Source: Methanomassiliicoccaceae archaeon (GTDB lineage: Archaea > Thermoplasmatota > Thermoplasmata > Methanomassiliicoccales > Methanomassiliicoccaceae). Taken from it: a stretch of 64,000 bases of DNA. Location: positions 928,001 to 992,000 of the forward strand of contig JAXGZN010000002.1 in the NCBI GenBank assembly GCA_040776945.1. Direction: 5' to 3'. The position numbers were made by a program, and so were the translations under genes. The notes below the pieces were generated by a model, which worked only from the letters and a program-made list of their open reading frames with translations, was not told where the DNA came from and did no database searches. Each line of letters opens with the position of its first letter. Within the stretch, counting starts at the first letter, position 1. Positions 59,434 to 64,000 of this stretch are shown one piece after another.

Positions 59434-60762
59434 TCAGCTGACGATGACCTTGTGGCCCTCGGTCTGGAAGACCTCTTGGACACGGGTGATGATGGACGAT
59501 CGGACGGCGGGCTCCTTCTCCACATCCCGAACGAACACGTTTATGTCGTACAGGATGTTGGGTCCCTGGAACTCCAACGCCCGGATGATCGGCCGTGGCT
59601 CCTTGAGCACCCCTTCTATGTTGGAGATGGCCTCCCTTATGTAGCTCTCTACCCTCTCATGAGGTATCTCGAAGGATACCTTCAGCGGTACGCTGATGGC
59701 ATGGTTCGCCACTCTGGAGTAATTATAGATCCTTTCCCGAAGGATCTCGTTGTTTGGCACGTCCACTATCTCTCCTTCCATGGTCTTGACCTTGGTAAAG
59801 ACCAGACCCTTGTCGATGACGTCGCACATCATACCCTCGACTATGCGTATACGGTCCCCGACCTCGAATGGGCTGGTGTCCATGAGCGCAAGGCCGGATA
59901 CGATGTTCTGTAAGGTGGAATATGACAGTGCCATGCCCATGCAGATGAATATGAGGACCACGACGACGATCAGGACGCCTACCGTTTCCATCTCCAACAT
60001 CAGGAAAATGTTGAACACCACGATGAGGGACCCGATTATCATCAGGGCGTAGCGGATGGTCCCGCTCATAAGATCGATGACCTGGGGATTGAACTTCTTC
60101 GATCGGAACTTAATGTCCTCCAGGATCGTGGTCTCTACCTTAATGGCGAGATAGGTCCCCATCACGATGGCCAGAGTGACGATGATGTTAGGCTCGTTGG
60201 CCGTTAGGAATGCGCCGAGGTCTTTGAACACCTCGTCCAGGCTCATGAAGATGGATACGGCGATCAGCAGCACCATCACGATGGACCCGATATAGATGAT
60301 GTAACTGAGCAGCAGGGTCGAGAACTCCATGGCCGATGGCATGGCCTTGTGGCTGCCGGCATTGGCGCGGCTCCGCCTCGCGATCCGGTTCAGCACCAGC
60401 ACCATGAGCTGGGCCACCAGGATTATGATGACTATGGTGAAGACCTTGAAAATGCCTATAGTGGCCCCGGACCAGCTTGGTGCATCGGTCCACCTAAGGA
60501 CTATCGAGGCCACAGCGTAGGTGGATATCGCCAACAAAGAGACGATGAATATGAGGGCCATTCGCCGGGAGCTGTCCAGCACCTCGGAGTCGAAGTAACG
60601 GCCCTCGTGGGCCTTCCATATCTCGAAGTTCTTGCTCAGGTACGACCAAAGGTATAGGGATAGGGTGAACACGCCCACAAGGGCGAGTATGGGCCACCCG
60701 TAGCTGTTCATCCATTGCGCGTCCCCAACCTCTAAGGGCAGGGGGGGCAGGCCAAGGACCAT
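59434..60762 (-). CDS. MscS-family mechanosensitive channel with extended TM region
   Basis: LQNIVSG..PFEVGDRI, VPNNEI, IYNYS. Confidence 0.88.
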   Translation of the reverse strand: MVLGLPPLPLEVGDAQWMNSYGWPILALVGVFTLSLYLWSYLSKNFEIWKAHEGRYFDSEVLDSSRRMALIFIVSLLAISTYAVASIVLRWTDAPSWSGATIGIFKVFTIVIIILVAQLMVLVLNRIARRSRANAGSHKAMPSAMEFSTLLLSYIIYIGSIVMVLLIAVSIFMSLDEVFKDLGAFLTANEPNIIVTLAIVMGTYLAIKVETTILEDIKFRSKKFNPQVIDLMSGTIRYALMIIGSLIVVFNIFLMLEMETVGVLIVVVVLIFICMGMALSYSTLQNIVSGLALMDTSPFEVGDRIRIVEGMMCDVIDKGLVFTKVKTMEGEIVDVPNNEILRERIYNYSRVANHAISVPLKVSFEIPHERVESYIREAISNIEGVLKEPRPIIRALEFQGPNILYDINVFVRDVEKEPAVRSSIITRVQEVFQTEGHKVIVS

Positions 60763-60928
60763 GACCCCGCATATCGGCAGGGTCGATAATGAACTTTCGT
60801 TCGAACGGGCTGGACCGTCCAGCGGGCCGTGCTCTCAGCGTATTGCCAATCCCTGGCGGGGAATAAAGGCCCTTACTTTCGGAAGATGTGCCGATAATGC
60901 ATATCTACTATGTCGTGCTCGGGCAACC

Positions 60929-62071
60929 ATGTACGCAGATCAGTTCGATGCTGCCTGCCGGAGATGCGGGAAGTGCCTAGAGGCATGCCCCCAATATTCA
61001 GAGATCGGGATCATCGACTCACTTATCGACCATCTGCGCTCTGGCACTGAACCTGGGCTCGATATAACCAGGTGCTTCACCTGCGGGATGTGCGAGGAGG
61101 TGTGCCCTGAGGGGCTGAGCCTAAAGCAGCTCATCAAGGACGCTAGGCTGAAAAAGGTCGCTGCCGAGGGCCTTTCCGACCTGAACTTCCTCTGTGACCC
61201 CAGCTTCGACCGGAACATCTTCAAGACCGCGGCCTCATTGGAGGAGCCGCTGTTGTTCGGGCAAGGTAGGGCGGAGACGGTCTACTACCCCGGATGTTAC
61301 TCGAGCTACATTCATAAGAACATGGTCCTGGCCATAACAAAGCTGATGGAGCGGGCAGGGGTGGACCATGCCGTCCTAGATGGTCTCGATAATTGCTGCG
61401 GTCTGACCTCTGCGGGGACCGGAAATCCCGGAGTGGTGAGGGACAATGGGCCAAAATTGGTTGCCAAGCTGAGGGAGATGGGGGCAAAGCGGGTTGTTAC
61501 ATCCTGTCCCGGATGTTACATGGCCTTGTCCAAGGTCTATCCGTCCATGTTCGGTGATCTGGGGTTCGAGGTTGTGCAGGCCTCTCGGTTCCTTGGTGAG
61601 CTCATCGACAAGGGCGCGCTCAAGCTCGGGGACAAGGCGGGGGGGAAGGTGTACTACCACGACCCCTGCCACCTCACGCGTGGCGCTGGCATATATCAAG
61701 AGCCAAGGGATGTCCTGAGCAAGGTCCCTGGAACGATCCTGATGAACCCAGATCCAGATGGCTCCGGATGTTGCGGCTTCGGAGGAGGGGTGAGAGTGAA
61801 CCATCCTGATGAATCTGTAGGTACTGCACGAAAGGAGCATCTCAGGGTCAGGGCGGAGAGCGGGGACATCATCATAACTAATTGCGCAGGTTGCCGGCAG
61901 AACCTGATCGAGGGCAGGCCGGAGGACGGAGCGGAGGTGTTCGACCTTGCGGAATACCTGCTGCTATCGTTGGGTGAGAGGCTGCCGAGGAACGACAGGG
62001 CGATGATAGATCTGGTGAACGAGTCATATTCCAAAGGGAAGAGCGGGTACCGTAGACCTGAGGTGCGCTAG
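60929..62071 (+). CDS. HdrD/GlcF-like Fe-S oxidoreductase (2x[4Fe-4S] + two CCG domains)
   Basis: CRRCGKCLEACP, CFTCGMCEEVCP; PGC..CCG..SCPGC; HDPC..CCG..NCAGC. Confidence 0.88.
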   Translation: MYADQFDAACRRCGKCLEACPQYSEIGIIDSLIDHLRSGTEPGLDITRCFTCGMCEEVCPEGLSLKQLIKDARLKKVAAEGLSDLNFLCDPSFDRNIFKTAASLEEPLLFGQGRAETVYYPGCYSSYIHKNMVLAITKLMERAGVDHAVLDGLDNCCGLTSAGTGNPGVVRDNGPKLVAKLREMGAKRVVTSCPGCYMALSKVYPSMFGDLGFEVVQASRFLGELIDKGALKLGDKAGGKVYYHDPCHLTRGAGIYQEPRDVLSKVPGTILMNPDPDGSGCCGFGGGVRVNHPDESVGTARKEHLRVRAESGDIIITNCAGCRQNLIEGRPEDGAEVFDLAEYLLLSLGERLPRNDRAMIDLVNESYSKGKSGYRRPEVR

Positions 62072-62082
62072 GCCGTCGCCCC

Positions 62083-64000
62083 TCATGCGGCCCGCAAGGA
62101 ACCTTTCAGCAGCCATACGTCGTAGCAGGCCGACGCGGACTGCCCGACCCCCAGGCGGACCTTCTCGCCTACCATTCCAGATGCCACCAGTCCGAAATCG
62201 ACCATCGTGGAGCCGCCGGGTACTACGCTAAGCGTCCCCAGGCTTATCCTGATCGTTCCTAGGACAGACAGTTTGGCCTCCACTACGCCGAGGATTAGGT
62301 CAGGGGTCTGGACCTTCAGGTACGCTCCCATCTGGACAAAGGCATGATCGGCCAGCGTTCTTGTCGGCATCGGTGCTCTGGCACCGGCGGCCAGGGGGTT
62401 CAGCGGATCGTCCATGACCGCCCAGATGGCCTTGATGAACCATTCCATGCAGTCCCGCACCGCCTTTCCATCGTACTCCAGTCCCATTGTCACGCTTCCT
62501 CCGGCCGCACCGGTAATGTCGTCCAGACCCAGCTCCAGATAGAAACGAAGGACGGATATGGTACGCTCGACGGATTCCAGCATGCTGCCCTCCATCTTTT
62601 GCAGCGCTCCGGCCACTATGTCCTTAAGTATGTTCATGTCCAGCGGTCCGGCCATCTGTTCCTCGAAGGATTCTCGGAAGCTCGTCATGATGATGTTGAG
62701 CAGTCCGGTTACGTCCAGTTCGCCCAACAACACTGGTCCGTTCGAGGAGCCGCGCGTTCCCTCCCTTAGCTCCCATTGAGGGGAGCCGTCATAGGTCCTC
62801 TGCCAGGTTCTCTCGTCATCATGGAGGTCCTTCAGCCAGGGCGCTGCATCTATCCTCTTGCCGTTCCTATCGAGCAGGGCAACCGATTCCTGCAGCGGGA
62901 AGTTCCTCACGTCACCGTTGTCCAGGGCCTGGCCGGTGAACTGGTGCACGAAATGACCGTGGGCCTCGATCCTACCGCTCAGGAACTCACTATGCTGCAC
63001 CCCTCGTGAGGAGACCAGTTGGTACCCTGTGAGGTCGATGGCCGAGCTACTGGGATTATATATCTCCACCCACTCTCGCGATCTGTCAGGGCCCTTGGGA
63101 TTGAGCTCGACCTCGTTGATCAGCAGCCCCTCCCGGCCCAGGATGTTGAAGCTCATCTCCATTCCAGCGTCAACATGCCATTTGGTGCCTGGAAGCGGAG
63201 AAGGGATGCTCCTGAGCGCCTTCCCCAGCCCGGGGACGTCGCTCAACGACACTGAGACCTTTTGGACCCTTTGCACTTCTGGTGCGCACATCTCGACCAC
63301 GTATCGGCCCATATACCCTCTCATCTCAACCTGGTGCCCATAGATCTTGACCAGAGGGTCGAAGGTGAGGTCCACGGACCAGTCCTCCGCCTCTAAGGAC
63401 ATGGAGACCGCGATGGTGTGCTCACCATCCTGAAGCCTCAGCACACGGAGGGAGGAACTGAATCTGGCACCAGCGGCGGACCTCGAGATATCGATCCGCA
63501 CACGGTCCTCAGTGCCGGTGAGGGCCGAGTCCCGCGGAGCGATCACCACCGACAGGCAGAGGCCGAGGACATGGAGATCGACGGTGGAGCCGCCCATTAC
63601 TGTCGAGGCTGCGTCGGCCAGTTTCTCGATCGCCTTGCTCAGCAGACCGGTCATTATGCTTTCTATGGACGCCGTCCCCGCGGAAAGGACCTCCTGCAGG
63701 CACCCCAGCACATCAGTGGAGCAGGAGAACAGATCGGGTATAAGGCGGTAAAGGAGAAGGAACACCTGGTCCGAGAGCCCGCCCACAGCCTCCGCCGCCG
63801 ATACGATCATATCATATAGTCCAGTGATCAGCTTTTCAATGTCCCCCCTCAGGGTCGACGTTGGTGTGTATTCTACGCCTTCTAGAGACCATCCGCTGAA
63901 AGCCACGATGTTGAACGAGCCTTGAATGGGAATGGCCTCGGAACATGGAATGCCGACATCATCTCCGGCGTGGAGCGTGATATCGATCGAGCCTGAATAC
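62083..64000 (-). CDS. Large protein with lamin-tail-like domain (5' end beyond window)
   Basis: LLINEVELNP.G.D..EWVEIYNP....IDLTGY, LDN; frame appears open toward the window end. Confidence 0.75.
   Translation of the reverse strand, partial: YSGSIDITLHAGDDVGIPCSEAIPIQGSFNIVAFSGWSLEGVEYTPTSTLRGDIEKLITGLYDMIVSAAEAVGGLSDQVFLLLYRLIPDLFSCSTDVLGCLQEVLSAGTASIESIMTGLLSKAIEKLADAASTVMGGSTVDLHVLGLCLSVVIAPRDSALTGTEDRVRIDISRSAAGARFSSSLRVLRLQDGEHTIAVSMSLEAEDWSVDLTFDPLVKIYGHQVEMRGYMGRYVVEMCAPEVQRVQKVSVSLSDVPGLGKALRSIPSPLPGTKWHVDAGMEMSFNILGREGLLINEVELNPKGPDRSREWVEIYNPSSSAIDLTGYQLVSSRGVQHSEFLSGRIEAHGHFVHQFTGQALDNGDVRNFPLQESVALLDRNGKRIDAAPWLKDLHDDERTWQRTYDGSPQWELREGTRGSSNGPVLLGELDVTGLLNIIMTSFRESFEEQMAGPLDMNILKDIVAGALQKMEGSMLESVERTISVLRFYLELGLDDITGAAGGSVTMGLEYDGKAVRDCMEWFIKAIWAVMDDPLNPLAAGARAPMPTRTLADHAFVQMGAYLKVQTPDLILGVVEAKLSVLGTIRISLGTLSVVPGGSTMVDFGLVASGMVGEKVRLGVGQSASACYDVWLLKGSLRAA

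Noticed and set aside
1-64000. CRISPR arrays, IS elements, rRNA, SRP RNA and RNase P RNA
   Set aside because: No spaced repeats, transposase ORFs or signature motifs detected by eye

Overview
A gene-dense, GC-rich archaeal chromosomal segment, most consistent with a Methanomassiliicoccales (Thermoplasmatota) methanogen. Supporting markers are archaeal uL16/L10e, Dph2, Rpp21 and ABCE1, methanogenesis marker MtxX/Mmp4, an HdrD-like CCG protein, GGTGA-type RBSs and TATA-like promoters. It holds about 58 CDS and 2 tRNAs (Arg-CCT, Thr-TGT). It is mostly core genome: ftsZ, metG, thrS, serS, bacterial-type metK, arg (argCJBD / argGH), leu (leuACDB) and queDCE, plus transporters, glycosyltransferases and secreted proteins. 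I see no CRISPR array, integrase or transposase. The most interesting leads are all read by eye and not computed: (1) a Zn-ribbon/PUA/PAPS-reductase/ferredoxin protein that looks like an RNA sulfur-modification enzyme; (2) a switchable structured leader with a possible leader peptide before leuA; (3) an HTH-CBS regulator divergent from metK, with a perfect 8-5-8 palindrome over its own start; (4) a chimeric ThrRS; (5) an apparent ACG start codon; (6) heavy TAG stop usage for a lineage known for pyrrolysine. Start codons were adjusted by eye from the ORF track where an upstream extension looked spurious.
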